Below, piece by piece: positions 41,541 to 51,809 of a stretch of DNA of 64,000 nucleotides (position 1 is its first letter; each line of letters opens with the position of its first letter). The stretch lies in assembly GCA_038231795.1 (NCBI GenBank), contig JBBRKR010000007.1, forward strand, positions 104,544-168,543, in the 5' to 3' direction. The notes below the pieces were generated by a model. The model searched no databases and was not told the DNA's origin. It was given only the letters and a program-made list of their open reading frames with translations. The DNA is from Acidimicrobiales bacterium. GTDB lineage: Bacteria; Actinomycetota; Acidimicrobiia; Acidimicrobiales; JBBRKR01. The translations under genes were made by a program, and so were the position numbers.

Positions 41541-42437
41541 ATGACGTCGAAATGGCAATTTTCATCAAACGGATGGCGCAACGCGTCCAATCCATGGTTC
41601 CGGCTAGGCACTTTTGAAGTAACCACAACTGTGCTCGTCACGGCAATCGGCGTGGCCACTATGTTTTTGCACGCTGCTAACCCCACTGCTTTCAACGCCT
41701 TCTATTTCAGTTCCACAAAAGTTCGCCACGGCGACATTTGGCGCGTTGTGTCGTGGCCGCTGTACAACCCGCCCAGTTTTCAAAGTGCTCTCAACCTTCT
41801 CTTCTTTTTCATTTTCGGTCGCGAGATCGAAGGGCTCGTCGGACGGAACCGATTTTTGGGATTGTTGGCCACTGTCGTGATATTGCCAAGCGTGGTCATG
41901 GTGATCATTAGCGCTTTATCGGATTACAGACTCGGAGCGACGGGTGTCGGTTTGCGGCTCGTCGGTTTCGCGGTATTCGCCGCCTCGGTCGCTGAGCGCC
42001 CCCAGAGCCGCACCTTTTTTGGCATCCAGCTTTGGGTCCTTGGTGCCGTATTTCTGGGCATTGATATTTTGCAATTGCTGTCGATTCGGGAGTTTGGTCA
42101 AATCCTGTTCGAGCTTCTCATCATCGCCACTGCTTTGTTCATCGTGCGCGGGTGGGGATTCGCAGACAACGTCGACTTCATCCCCCGGATACCAATCCCC
42201 GGTAGGACTGTGAGCACGTCCACAAAAACGAAGCGACCGAAACGCGTGTGGGGGGCCAAGGGAACGGCCACCGTCACCACTGGCCCATGGACCAACGCTG
42301 AATCGAGCCGGTGGGCCGATCAAGCCCACCTCGACTCACTGCTCGACAAGGTCGGTGAGGTCGGGTTGGCCGGCCTCACCCCCGCCGAACGACAGCAACT
42401 CGATGACCTCAGCCGCAGAATGCGAGGCAACACATGA
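41541..42437 (+). CDS. Rhomboid-like membrane protein with C-terminal DUF6576-like domain
   Basis: GDIWRVVSW, FGREIE..GR; C-terminal LDSLLDKVGEVGLAGLTPAER; no GxSG seen. Confidence 0.78.
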   Translation: MTSKWQFSSNGWRNASNPWFRLGTFEVTTTVLVTAIGVATMFLHAANPTAFNAFYFSSTKVRHGDIWRVVSWPLYNPPSFQSALNLLFFFIFGREIEGLVGRNRFLGLLATVVILPSVVMVIISALSDYRLGATGVGLRLVGFAVFAASVAERPQSRTFFGIQLWVLGAVFLGIDILQLLSIREFGQILFELLIIATALFIVRGWGFADNVDFIPRIPIPGRTVSTSTKTKRPKRVWGAKGTATVTTGPWTNAESSRWADQAHLDSLLDKVGEVGLAGLTPAERQQLDDLSRRMRGNT

Positions 42438-43414
42438 CCAACACTGTGCCATCAATATCGATCGCCCTACCGCCTACTCCACAAACTCCGGAGCTAGCCG
42501 TTCTCAGCGAGCAGCTCGGCTACGACCGTGTGTGGCTCTACGACACGCCTGCCCTCCAACTTGATGTGTGGATGGCGTTGGTGTTGTGCGCCGCACGGAC
42601 GTCCACCATTGGTTTGGGGCCAGCGGTATTGGTGCCCAGTTTGCGTCACCCTCTGGCTACCGCAAGCGCCATTGCGACGCTCGAACAACTGGCAAGCGGA
42701 CGTACCGCCTATGCAGTCGGATCTGGTTTTACTGGGCGTCGAGCATTGGGCCTCAAACCCATGAAGTGGGCAGACGTCGTGACCTACGTGAGGCAAGTAC
42801 AGGCGCTGCTGCGTGGCGAGACGATCGCATACGACGGAGCGCAGATCGCCATGATCCACTCATCTGGTCAAGCGCCAGATCGCCCTATCGAGGTACCATG
42901 GCTGTTGGGTACTAGCGGCCCCAAAGGCTTGGCGGCGGCCGCCGAATTAGGCACCGGCGTGTTTTCTACGTCGCCGACGCCAGGGTTTGAGTGGTCAGCC
43001 CTATTGGCGTTTGGCACCGTGATTGATGCCAATGAAGCGGTTGAATCGACACGAGTTCTGGAAGCAGCTGGCCCTGGCGCGGCGGTGGTGTATCACGCTA
43101 TGTACGAACAATCGAATGCTTTCCTGGCCCAGTTGCCAGGCGCCCAAGCGTGGATCGATGCGGTCGAATCAGTGCCCGCCGACGTGCGTCATCTCGACAT
43201 TCATCGCGGCCATCTCACAGTGCTCAATCCCGTCGACCGACTGGTGATGACAGGTGGATTGGCCGCTGGGCTAACGAGCAGCGGCGATGCTGCTGCTATG
43301 CGAGATCGTATTGCCGCCGCTGCGGCCGCGGGCACAACCGAGTTTGTGTACCAGCCCGCCGGCCCCGACCCCCGACGAGAAGTCGAAGCGTTCATGGCGG
43401 CCGTCCGGCCTTAG
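42434..43414 (+). CDS. LLM-class flavin/F420-dependent oxidoreductase
   Basis: EQLGYDRVWLYD, IGLGPAVLVPSLRHP, GSGFTG. Confidence 0.9.
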   Translation: MTNTVPSISIALPPTPQTPELAVLSEQLGYDRVWLYDTPALQLDVWMALVLCAARTSTIGLGPAVLVPSLRHPLATASAIATLEQLASGRTAYAVGSGFTGRRALGLKPMKWADVVTYVRQVQALLRGETIAYDGAQIAMIHSSGQAPDRPIEVPWLLGTSGPKGLAAAAELGTGVFSTSPTPGFEWSALLAFGTVIDANEAVESTRVLEAAGPGAAVVYHAMYEQSNAFLAQLPGAQAWIDAVESVPADVRHLDIHRGHLTVLNPVDRLVMTGGLAAGLTSSGDAAAMRDRIAAAAAAGTTEFVYQPAGPDPRREVEAFMAAVRP

Positions 43415-43426
43415 CGCCGCAGCGAT

Positions 43427-44296
43427 CTAGCGATTGTAGGAGTGGAAGCCTCGCCCTGTTTTGCGGCCCAGTAGACGGGCTTCCACCATGCGGCTCAACA
43501 ACGGCGGCGGAGCGTACAACTGCTCTTTAAATTCTGCGTACATCGAATCGGCGACGGCCATTGTGGTGTCGAGACCAATGAGGTCAGCCAACGCTAGAGG
43601 GCCCATGGGGTGCGCACATCCGTGCATCATGCCGGCGTCGATATCTTCGGCAGTGGCGAACCCCGACTCCAGCATTCTGATGGCCGACAACAGGTACGGA
43701 ATCAACAAGGCGTTAACTACGAAGCCAGCGCGGTCCTTGGAATGAATCACATTCTTACCCAACACATCGGTAGCGAAACTGGCTGCCATCGCTGTAGTTT
43801 CCGGGCTCGTCATCAACGACGGAACAAGTTCCACTAACGGCAAGACCGGAACTGGATTGAAGAAATGCAAGCCGATCACGTTGGCCGGCCGATCGGTGGC
43901 GATGGCCAATTTCATGATCGGAATCGACGACGTATTGGACGCCAAAATCGCATCGGGTGACTGCACAATTTTGTTGAGCGCCACGAAAGCATCGTGCTTC
44001 ACGACGGGGTCTTCCATCACGGCCTCAATCACCAGATCGCGGTCCGCCACGGCGTCCCAATCGCACGTGAATTCCAGATTTTTCACGGCCTTTTCGTGGT
44101 CCTCAGACGTCAACTTTCCACGGGCCGCGGCGGTGTCAAGTGACTTGAGCACTTTGGTGCGGCCTCGTTCGGCGGACGCTGCGTCGGCTTCCACTACAAC
44201 GACCTGCCGCTCGTTGCGGGCGCATACTTCGGCAATGCCAGACCCCATCAACCCGCACCCAATGACGCCGACTTTTTCAATGTCTTTTCCGTTCAC
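43427..44296 (-). CDS. 3-hydroxybutyryl-CoA dehydrogenase
   Basis: VIGCGLMGSGIA, ASNTSS, GLHFFNP, GFVVN, HPMGP; start GTG 44296. Confidence 0.93.
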   Translation of the reverse strand: MNGKDIEKVGVIGCGLMGSGIAEVCARNERQVVVVEADAASAERGRTKVLKSLDTAAARGKLTSEDHEKAVKNLEFTCDWDAVADRDLVIEAVMEDPVVKHDAFVALNKIVQSPDAILASNTSSIPIMKLAIATDRPANVIGLHFFNPVPVLPLVELVPSLMTSPETTAMAASFATDVLGKNVIHSKDRAGFVVNALLIPYLLSAIRMLESGFATAEDIDAGMMHGCAHPMGPLALADLIGLDTTMAVADSMYAEFKEQLYAPPPLLSRMVEARLLGRKTGRGFHSYNR

Positions 44297-44397
44297 ATCC
44301 CCAGCGTACCCAAGTGCCGCAACCGGGTGGCGCGTACGGCAGGTAAAGTCGCTCGGCACCAACTTCCACGCAAACAACGCATTCGAATGAGGCATCG

Positions 44398-45471
44398 ATG
44401 ACGAACACGAATGACCAAGGTAATTCAAGCGAACCTCACAACGAGTACGCGACACTCCGTCTTGTTGTCGACGAGATAGCGGCCGATGTTGGATTGTCGG
44501 GAGTGATCCGCATCGACATCGATGCCGCTCCGGCAGTGCAGCACGCGTACGGCCTCGCCCATCGCGGGCTGAACGTCCCGAACACCGTCGACACCCAGTT
44601 CGCTACCGCCAGCGGAACGAAAAGTTTCACCGCCCTCACCATCATGAGCCTCGTCGAACACGGCGCGTTGCGGTTAGACACCACCGCCCGCTCATTGCTC
44701 GGCAAGGATCTCCCGCTCATCGACGACCGGGTCACCATCGAGCAACTTCTCTCGCACCGCTCAGGAATCGGCGACTACCGCGACGAGGATTTCGACAACG
44801 ACTACAACGACTATCTGATGCCCGTGTCGGTGCACGAGCTTACGACCACCGAGCAGTTCCTGGCGGTGCTGGGCGGGCACGCAAACAAGTTTGAACCAGG
44901 CACAAAATTCAGTTACTCCAACGGCGGATACGTGGTGCTTGCCTTGATCGCCGAACGGGCCACCGGTATGTCGTTTCACGATCTCGTCGACCAACGCGTT
45001 TTGCAGCCTGCTGGCATGATCGATAGCGCGTTTCTTCGATCCGACGAGCTTCCTGGACGCGCCGCAATCGGGTATCTCGATGACGACGGATTGCGGTCAA
45101 ACGTCTTCCACCTTCCGATTCGAGGAAACGGGGACGGGGGCATGTACACCACGGCTGCCGACGTCGTTCGCTTCTGGGATGCGTTGTTCATCGGCAGAAT
45201 TGTCTCGCCCGCAACAGTCGCCGAAATGGTTCGCACCCGCAGTGAAGCTCCAGATTTGGGCATGACCTACGGCCTTGGCTTCTGGCTCGACGACGCCAAT
45301 CATTCAGTGTTCATGCACGGATTCGACGCAGGCGTAGGTTTCGTATCCACCTACCGATCCGAGCAGCGAACCACTACGTCCGTGTTGTGCAACCAAAGCC
45401 GAGGAGCATGGCCCACGAGTCAACGAATTAGCGCCCTACTACTTGACCAAACGCAGCCACCTACTGGGTGA
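44398..45471 (+). CDS. Serine hydrolase, beta-lactamase/AmpC-like family
   Basis: ASGTKS (SxxK), LLSHRSG, FSYSNGGY (YxN), HG. Confidence 0.9.
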   Translation: MTNTNDQGNSSEPHNEYATLRLVVDEIAADVGLSGVIRIDIDAAPAVQHAYGLAHRGLNVPNTVDTQFATASGTKSFTALTIMSLVEHGALRLDTTARSLLGKDLPLIDDRVTIEQLLSHRSGIGDYRDEDFDNDYNDYLMPVSVHELTTTEQFLAVLGGHANKFEPGTKFSYSNGGYVVLALIAERATGMSFHDLVDQRVLQPAGMIDSAFLRSDELPGRAAIGYLDDDGLRSNVFHLPIRGNGDGGMYTTAADVVRFWDALFIGRIVSPATVAEMVRTRSEAPDLGMTYGLGFWLDDANHSVFMHGFDAGVGFVSTYRSEQRTTTSVLCNQSRGAWPTSQRISALLLDQTQPPTG

Positions 45472-45557
45472 ATTATGGCGCGCGCACCGGGTCTGCTTCC
45501 CGGCTTTATTGACTCAACCCGTCGGTCTCATCAACCGGAGTCGAACTCACCGCCAAG

Positions 45558-45908
45558 ATGACCACGACTCAACCAAACTCTATGGCGGTGCCAGTACTCC
45601 TTGCGACTGACTTCATCGGCCCAGCTTTGGCACACTTCGAGCCGAGTGCTGCACGCCCGAACGAACCCGTACAACTCATTCTTTCCGTGCCCGCCGAGTC
45701 CGAATGCGCATTTCTGTTGGCGGTATTCGCACCCGGCGCCGGAACGAGCGTGCAAGTCCTCGGCCTCATGCGCTTGGAGAAGAACAACGGGATTGGATCG
45801 CTCCCGCACCACCTACCGTCCTGGCCTGCTACCCCGGCCCACCATCGAATCAAACCAGCAAATACCGAACACCACAGCTCCCGCCCGGCCGTTACCTTGC
45901 GTGCATGA
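45558..45908 (+). CDS. Possible hypothetical protein
   Basis: ORF fills the intergenic gap; no motif recognised. Confidence 0.3.
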   Translation: MTTTQPNSMAVPVLLATDFIGPALAHFEPSAARPNEPVQLILSVPAESECAFLLAVFAPGAGTSVQVLGLMRLEKNNGIGSLPHHLPSWPATPAHHRIKPANTEHHSSRPAVTLRA

Positions 45909-45989
45909 CGAACCAGGCATCGCCCGAAGGTTGTGCGTAGCTCGAGATCACCGGGACCTAAACCGTTCAGAGAAGACGGGGACGACTCG

Positions 45990-46472
45990 CTAGTCCTCGA
46001 TGACGTCGAGACCCTGCTCCCGGAGTCGAGCGATGTTGTCGAGCATCCCCTGCAGTGCTCCGGGGGTATGGCCCTCCCAAGTCGTCACCTCGTCGATTAC
46101 AACCATCGGATGACGAGTTCGGTATGACCGCGTAACGTTGCCGGGGAACTTCTTGTTCGTGACATTCGGGTCGTCTTCAAAGGGGCCGGTGGGTTCGACG
46201 ACATAGATACCACCCTTCCCTTCGCTCCCCGCAAGTGCCAGCGCCAGTTCCGCCGCCCAAACCGCTGGTTCAAGCAACGCTGTGAAGTACACGTGATTGG
46301 AGATGCGTCCCTCGTGGAAGTTGGAGAGCTTGCCGGGAACGACAAGTTCGCCGACAGCGAGCAGGGCACCGGTGCCGTGAAAGAAGGGCCCGACGATGTG
46401 ATCGCAACCGTCGAACGTGACCGGAATGTGATTCGTTTCGCTTGCGGCCTGGATCGATTCGGCGATCGACAT
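45990..46472 (-). CDS. arr: NAD(+)-rifampin ADP-ribosyltransferase
   Basis: GPFFHGT, HVYFTA, EPTGPFEDDPNVTNKKFPGN.TRSYRT, WEGH; ends VIED. Confidence 0.95.
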   Translation of the reverse strand: MSIAESIQAASETNHIPVTFDGCDHIVGPFFHGTGALLAVGELVVPGKLSNFHEGRISNHVYFTALLEPAVWAAELALALAGSEGKGGIYVVEPTGPFEDDPNVTNKKFPGNVTRSYRTRHPMVVIDEVTTWEGHTPGALQGMLDNIARLREQGLDVIED

Positions 46473-46534
46473 CGTTCCTGTGAAGTTTTCGGGTTTCAAT
46501 GAGGTCTCCTCCACGAGATTGCAACGCCGGTACT

Positions 46535-46557
46535 AAGTGGAGGAATATACTCCGCTT
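46535..46557. promoter_or_regulatory. Probable TetR operator overlapping the -10 element
   Basis: AAGTGGAG-N7-CTCCGCTT imperfect palindrome containing TATACT 7 nt before the tetR GTG. Confidence 0.7.
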
Positions 46558-46558
46558 T

Positions 46559-47146
46559 GTGGCAGACCCCCAATTGAACTCAATTGACCAGCCAATGCGA
46601 ACCGACGCCCGGAAAAATCGTCGGCGTCTCCTTGACGCCACAATCGAACTGATCCTCGAGATCGGCGGCGAACCAACTCGGGACGCAGTCGCCCAGCGAG
46701 CCGGCATCGGAATAGCCACTCTGTATCGACACTTCCCGGACCAACAAACGCTTCTGCGTGCAGTGGTTCTTGATGTGCTCGACCGCACGATCGAACAGGG
46801 CACCACCGCGCTCGCCACATCAGCCACCGGCGGTGAAGCGTTGCGCCGATACATGCATGCTGCCATCGACACCAACCTCGGGGTGGTCAACGTCGTCCAT
46901 GCGCTTCTCGACTCCACGGATTGGCCAGAACAACAGAACGCCGCCCAAAGGGTGCTCAAAAAATTGATCAACGCTGCGCGACGCGACGGTTCAGTCCACA
47001 AGAACGTCACGACGACCGATATCGCCCTCGCCACCATCCGCTTCTGCCGGCCCCTGGCGATCGGGCTCGATGCAACAGCCGAGAGAGCGATCGCCCACCG
47101 ACAGCTCACTTTCTATCTCGACGGATTGATTCCAAACGTTCAATAA
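46559..47146 (+). CDS. TetR/AcrR family regulator
   Basis: RTDARKNRRRLL..., VAQRAGIGIATLYRHFP. Confidence 0.93.
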   Translation: MADPQLNSIDQPMRTDARKNRRRLLDATIELILEIGGEPTRDAVAQRAGIGIATLYRHFPDQQTLLRAVVLDVLDRTIEQGTTALATSATGGEALRRYMHAAIDTNLGVVNVVHALLDSTDWPEQQNAAQRVLKKLINAARRDGSVHKNVTTTDIALATIRFCRPLAIGLDATAERAIAHRQLTFYLDGLIPNVQ

Positions 47147-47254
47147 GTCGGGGCGTACGCCACCACGATTTGACCCGGCGACTCTGCCTGAGGAATCTAG
47201 ATTTTCGATAGTATTCCGTCTGAACTGACCACTACCCGCGACCGAGGTACATCA

Positions 47255-49222
47255 ATGAACAACTTGCAGTCCGACGCTTCACTCGGCTGTTCGGCGGCGG
47301 GCATGGTGAGCACGCCGAGCACGATGATCACCTTCGGACCGCACGAGTGCAGCGACCTCGATCGCAGCGCTGAACGCGAGTGGCTGGTCACCGACGCACT
47401 GGGCGGGTATGCAATGGGGACGGTCTCAGGCCTTCGCACCCGGCGATATCACGGACTGCTCGTGGTTGCCGCTGACAGCGGTGCATCGCGCCAATTGGGC
47501 CTCGCCGCGCTGGATCCAGTCCTCGTCGTCAACGGTCAACGCATCCGTCTGGCGACTCACGAATGGGCCAACGGTTCGATCGATCCGCACGGCCATGAAC
47601 TGCTCGCCCGCTTCGATCTGCTCGACGGTGTGCCCCGATGGACCTGGTCTGTCGGGGCAACGGTTGTGCAGCGCGAGATAGCGATGGACCACGGCCATGC
47701 GACTGTCGCGGTGACCCATCGGCTCCTGGCGAGCAATGGCCCGGTACGTCTCGAGCTAACTCCGCTGTGCACTTGGCGCAACGCTCATGGCGAACGACAC
47801 GCCAATGGTGAGCCCGCCGTCGAGCACCACTCGTGGGGGTTTCACTTCGAGAGCGCGTATCGCGTGTTCGGCGCTGGGTGGATACCGGGCGGCCAGTGGT
47901 ATCGCGGCGCTCACCTGCGCGAGGAAGCGGCTCGAGGGCTCAGCGCCACAGAAGATCTGTGGGCAGCCGGTGCGTTCGAACTCGATCTCGACATCGGCGA
48001 GTCACACCTATTGACTGCTACGGCTGATCGCGCCAACCCGGCGTATACGGCTGACGACATCGTGCGTCGAGCTCGTTCTCGGGCCCGAGGACTCGTTGCA
48101 ACAGCGGAAGCCACCGATGCGGAGACATCGCTGCTGGTGTTGGCCGCCGACCAGTTCATTACCAACGTTGATGGCGTACCGGGCGTGATCGCTGGCTATC
48201 CGTGGTTTGGAGCGTGGTCACGCGACACGATGACGGCGTACGACGGGTTGTTCATTTGCACACGTCGCTTCGACGAGGGTCGATCACTACTGATTCGTGC
48301 CGCAAAGACTGTCTCGGAAGGCATGTTGGCCAACACGGCCGACACGGGAATGCTTGAGTACAACACCGCCGATGCAAGCCTGTGGTTTCTCCATGCAGTC
48401 GGTCGGCACCTCGCCACAACCGATGATGACAGTCTCGCCGTGTCGGTCGTCGATGCTGTCGACGAGATCATCGAGCGTCACATCGCCGGCACCCGTTACG
48501 GCATCGGCATGGACCCATTCGACTCGCTACTTATGCAGGGTGCCGACGGCGTGGCACTCACATGGATGGACGCCCGCATCGACGGTCAAGCAGTGACCCC
48601 ACGTTCTGGCAAGCCCGTCGAGATCAATGCGTTGTGGATCAACGGCCTGCGGGTCGTAGCCGACTTGCATCGCCGAACCGGTCGACCAACCCAGTGGTTG
48701 TACGACCTCGCCGACGCGGCATCATTGTCGTTCACGGAACGCTTCGTACGGCCAGATGGCCTCGGCCTGTTCGACGTCGTCGATGGAGTTCACGTCGACT
48801 GGTCCATCCGGCCGAACCAGCTGCTCGCCGCGTCGTTGCCTCACGGCCCCGGCGCACCACGATCGGCGGTCGAGGTATGCCGGGATCATCTCCTCACACC
48901 GATCGGGATGCGATCACTGAGTCCCGACGACGACTCGTACGTTGGAGTTCATCGTGGCGGTCCGCACGAGCGCGACGCCGCATACCACCAAGGCACCGTA
49001 TGGCCATGGCTGGTCGGATCGTACGTTGACGCTGCGCTCAAAAATGGGGTCCCAGTCGACGGCCTCGACGAAGTGGACGGGCTCGGATTGCACCTGCGTG
49101 AATGGGGGTTGGGATCAGTTTCAGAGACGGCCGATGGCGACGCCCCGCATCGGGCGACGGGCTGTCCATTCCAGGCGTGGTCCGTGGCCGAAGCACTGCG
49201 CATACAGCGCCGCACGCGCTGA
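47255..49222 (+). CDS. Glycogen debranching enzyme / amylo-alpha-1,6-glucosidase
   Basis: REWLVTDALGGYA, AGYPWFGAWSRD, LTWMDA, GKPVEINALW, YHQGTVWPW, GCPFQAWS. Confidence 0.93.
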   Translation: MNNLQSDASLGCSAAGMVSTPSTMITFGPHECSDLDRSAEREWLVTDALGGYAMGTVSGLRTRRYHGLLVVAADSGASRQLGLAALDPVLVVNGQRIRLATHEWANGSIDPHGHELLARFDLLDGVPRWTWSVGATVVQREIAMDHGHATVAVTHRLLASNGPVRLELTPLCTWRNAHGERHANGEPAVEHHSWGFHFESAYRVFGAGWIPGGQWYRGAHLREEAARGLSATEDLWAAGAFELDLDIGESHLLTATADRANPAYTADDIVRRARSRARGLVATAEATDAETSLLVLAADQFITNVDGVPGVIAGYPWFGAWSRDTMTAYDGLFICTRRFDEGRSLLIRAAKTVSEGMLANTADTGMLEYNTADASLWFLHAVGRHLATTDDDSLAVSVVDAVDEIIERHIAGTRYGIGMDPFDSLLMQGADGVALTWMDARIDGQAVTPRSGKPVEINALWINGLRVVADLHRRTGRPTQWLYDLADAASLSFTERFVRPDGLGLFDVVDGVHVDWSIRPNQLLAASLPHGPGAPRSAVEVCRDHLLTPIGMRSLSPDDDSYVGVHRGGPHERDAAYHQGTVWPWLVGSYVDAALKNGVPVDGLDEVDGLGLHLREWGLGSVSETADGDAPHRATGCPFQAWSVAEALRIQRRTR

Positions 49223-49314
49223 CTCGAACGACTCAGTCATCGCCGACGCCGTCCCCAACGTCCCCAGCGCTTTCAAGCCCTACAAAATTTGCGACGCTCA
49301 GAGCTGGATTTTTT

Positions 49315-49391
49315 TGGCGCCCCGGGCAGGAATCGAACCTGCGACCTTCGGATTAGAAGTCCGCTGCTCTATCCAACTGAGCTACCGGGGC
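49315..49391 (-). tRNA. tRNA-Arg(UCU)
   Basis: GCCCCGGTAGCTCAGTTGGATAGAGC...CTTCTAA...GGTTCGATTCC...GGGGCGCCA. Confidence 0.97.
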
Positions 49392-49428
49392 GAGATGCCG
49401 ACACTTTAGTTCAGCAATACTGGCGAAC

Positions 49429-50196
49429 ATGTTTGAAACTCTTCTCGTCGATGCGTCGACGCCCATTGGCACTCTCACCCTCAATCGGCCAGCCCGGCTC
49501 AACGCGCTCAGCCGTTTGACGCTCACCGAACTCGCCCAAGCCGCAGCATTCTTCGACGCCGAACGACACGTCAAGGTCGTGATTGTGCGCGCCGAAGGCA
49601 GAGCGTTTAGCGCCGGCTTCGACCTCAACGACTTCACCGCCCCAGCCGACGATATGTCACCCCGAGAAGCCGCCGACCTCGGCCGAGTGATGGCCGAATC
49701 GATCACCAACATGCGGGCCATGACAATCGCTCGCATACACGGACATTGCGTCGGCGGTGGCGTCGTCCTTGCGGGATCGTGCGACTTGCGCTACGCCACC
49801 GTCGACGCAAGATTCTCGATCCCCGAACTTGCACTCGGCATTCCCCTGGCGTGGGGTGGCATCCCTCGCCTCGTGCGTGAACTCGGCCCCGCCGTCACCA
49901 AAGACATCGTGATGACGTGTCGACCGTTCACGCCACAAGAGGCCTTGGCCTTGCGATTCGTCAACGGAATCGGCACGGCTGATGAAGTTGACGCACTCGT
50001 CAAGTCAGCTGCCGAAGCACTGGCGGCCCGGTCGGCGCTCACCCTCGAACTAACCAAACGACAAATAAACGCGTGCGCAGAAGAGCTCGTATCGGTAGGG
50101 CGAAGCGTCAGTGATGCCGACACTTTGGTGGCAGCACAACGCGACCCGGAGAGCCGGGCCGCGTCGCTTGCTTACCTTGCCTCGCGAGGCAAATAG
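49429..50196 (+). CDS. Enoyl-CoA hydratase/isomerase family
   Basis: LNRPARLNAL, FSAGFDL, CVGGG, PELALG. Confidence 0.92.
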   Translation: MFETLLVDASTPIGTLTLNRPARLNALSRLTLTELAQAAAFFDAERHVKVVIVRAEGRAFSAGFDLNDFTAPADDMSPREAADLGRVMAESITNMRAMTIARIHGHCVGGGVVLAGSCDLRYATVDARFSIPELALGIPLAWGGIPRLVRELGPAVTKDIVMTCRPFTPQEALALRFVNGIGTADEVDALVKSAAEALAARSALTLELTKRQINACAEELVSVGRSVSDADTLVAAQRDPESRAASLAYLASRGK

Positions 50197-50204
50197 ACGT
50201 TCGT

Positions 50205-51578
50205 TTACGCAGTGAGTGCTTCGGCAAAACCAGCAAACACATCGGTGTGGTGAGCCACATCCAAGTCGGTGTGCTGTACCGAAATTAGCCACTGCTCATC
50301 AAGACCTGGCGGCAACAAGATGCCCCGGTTGATGCCCCAAATCCACTGCGCATACGCAATTGTCAGATCAGTGTTTTTGTAGTCACGGTAATTCTTGACC
50401 TTTTCACGTGACCACGTGATGCAGCCCTTGGCGCCCATCTCGACAGTGTGCGCAGGCAGGTCGTACTGATCAATGACGGCCTGGCAACCGGCCAGCATCA
50501 ACTTGTTACGAGCAAACGCTTCGTCGATCACGAGTGGGGTGAGAATTTCGCCCAACACGGCTTGGCAGGCAGCCATCACCAACGGGTTGCCGTTGTACGT
50601 ACCAAGGTGCAGCACCGAGCCGTCGCCGACGAGATTCATCACTTCTTTTCGGCCACCGAAAGCACCGACTGGCAAGCCGCCGCCGATTGATTTCGCCAAA
50701 CACACGAGATCTGGTTCGACGCCGAATCGACGCGTGGCGCCACCCCAACCGGCAGTGATACCCGTCTTCACTTCGTCGAAAATCAGCATGACGCCGTGCT
50801 TGCGAGTGATACGGCGTACCTCTTCGAGGTAGCCAGGCTGCGGCAAACAGATGCCGATGTTTTCCATTACCGGCTCCACGATGAACGCCGCAATATCGCC
50901 GCGGCCCAACATGCGATCGAGCGCCTCTGGATCGTTGTAGGGAATCACCAACGTGTCTTCCAAGATGTGCACGGTGAGACCCTTGGTGGCTGGCACGCCT
51001 TGGGGACGGTTGGCGGGGCCAGCTTTGTCCAACGGTGGCTTCATGGAGACCATCACTTCGTCGTGATGGCCGTGATAGCCGCCTTCGACCTTTACCAACT
51101 TGTTGCGGCCCGTAAAGGCACGAGCAACGCGGATGGCGTCCATGGTGGCCTCAGTGCCAGAGTTGGTAAACCGCCACGACGGAAGGCCGAATCGGGCGGC
51201 GAGATTTTCAGCGACGTCGGCGTTGGACTCGCACGGGGTCACGAACAGTGTGCCCTCCTCGAGCTGGCGGGTAACCGCCGCAACTACGAGTGGGTGAAGG
51301 TGACCGACAAACAATGCGCCGTAGCCCATGTTGAAGTCGATGTATTGGTTGCCATCGATGTCTTCGAGTCGGGATCCGCGGGCCCTTTTGGCAACCACAG
51401 GATGTGGGTCGTAGAACTGAAAGGAGCTCGGCACCCCCATCGGAAGTGACTTCTCAGCCCGGTGATACTGGGCTTGTGATACCGGGGTGCGGGCAGAGTA
51501 TTTCTCTGTCTCGGCGGCGGTAATTTCCTTCGCTCGTTGCACGAGCCTGGTGCTAACAACGGATTTCGTTGCCATCAT
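50205..51578 (-). CDS. Class III PLP aminotransferase (glutamate-1-semialdehyde aminomutase-like)
   Basis: NSGTEAT, GGYHG, LIFDEVKTG, LAKSIGGG, GTYNGNP. Confidence 0.9.
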   Translation of the reverse strand: MMATKSVVSTRLVQRAKEITAAETEKYSARTPVSQAQYHRAEKSLPMGVPSSFQFYDPHPVVAKRARGSRLEDIDGNQYIDFNMGYGALFVGHLHPLVVAAVTRQLEEGTLFVTPCESNADVAENLAARFGLPSWRFTNSGTEATMDAIRVARAFTGRNKLVKVEGGYHGHHDEVMVSMKPPLDKAGPANRPQGVPATKGLTVHILEDTLVIPYNDPEALDRMLGRGDIAAFIVEPVMENIGICLPQPGYLEEVRRITRKHGVMLIFDEVKTGITAGWGGATRRFGVEPDLVCLAKSIGGGLPVGAFGGRKEVMNLVGDGSVLHLGTYNGNPLVMAACQAVLGEILTPLVIDEAFARNKLMLAGCQAVIDQYDLPAHTVEMGAKGCITWSREKVKNYRDYKNTDLTIAYAQWIWGINRGILLPPGLDEQWLISVQHTDLDVAHHTDVFAGFAEALTA

Positions 51579-51705
51579 GGCACTTCCTTGTGGAATTCGT
51601 TGTCCAAAGCATACATGACAATGGATTCTGTGTCGAGTGCAAATTGTTTTGAGCTACGGAGCGCTCGTTGTGCGAGAATGACCGACGTAATTTGCAGTTG
51701 GTCGT

Positions 51706-51782
51706 GGTGGCCGTAGCTCAGTTGGCAGAGCGCCAGGTTGTGGTCCTGGAAGTCGCGGGTTCAAACCCCGTCGGTCACCCCA
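51706..51782 (+). tRNA. tRNA-His(GUG)
   Basis: GGTGGCCGTAGCTCAG...TTGTGGT...GGTTCAAACCCC...CACCCCA, with G-1. Confidence 0.97.
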
Positions 51783-51809
51783 ACTACAGTTCACAAGTCA
51801 CAGATATAG

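Noticed and set aside
44398-45471. True beta-lactamase resistance gene beside arr
   Set aside because: SxxK/YxN/HG pattern without a signal peptide fits generic esterases and peptidases of this fold
46438-46452. Rifamycin-associated element (GCTTGCGGC)
   Set aside because: Only a partial core, inside the predicted arr coding region, without the palindromic flanks
50205-51578. Naming this gene hemL
   Set aside because: No hem neighbours; the motifs support only a class III aminotransferase call
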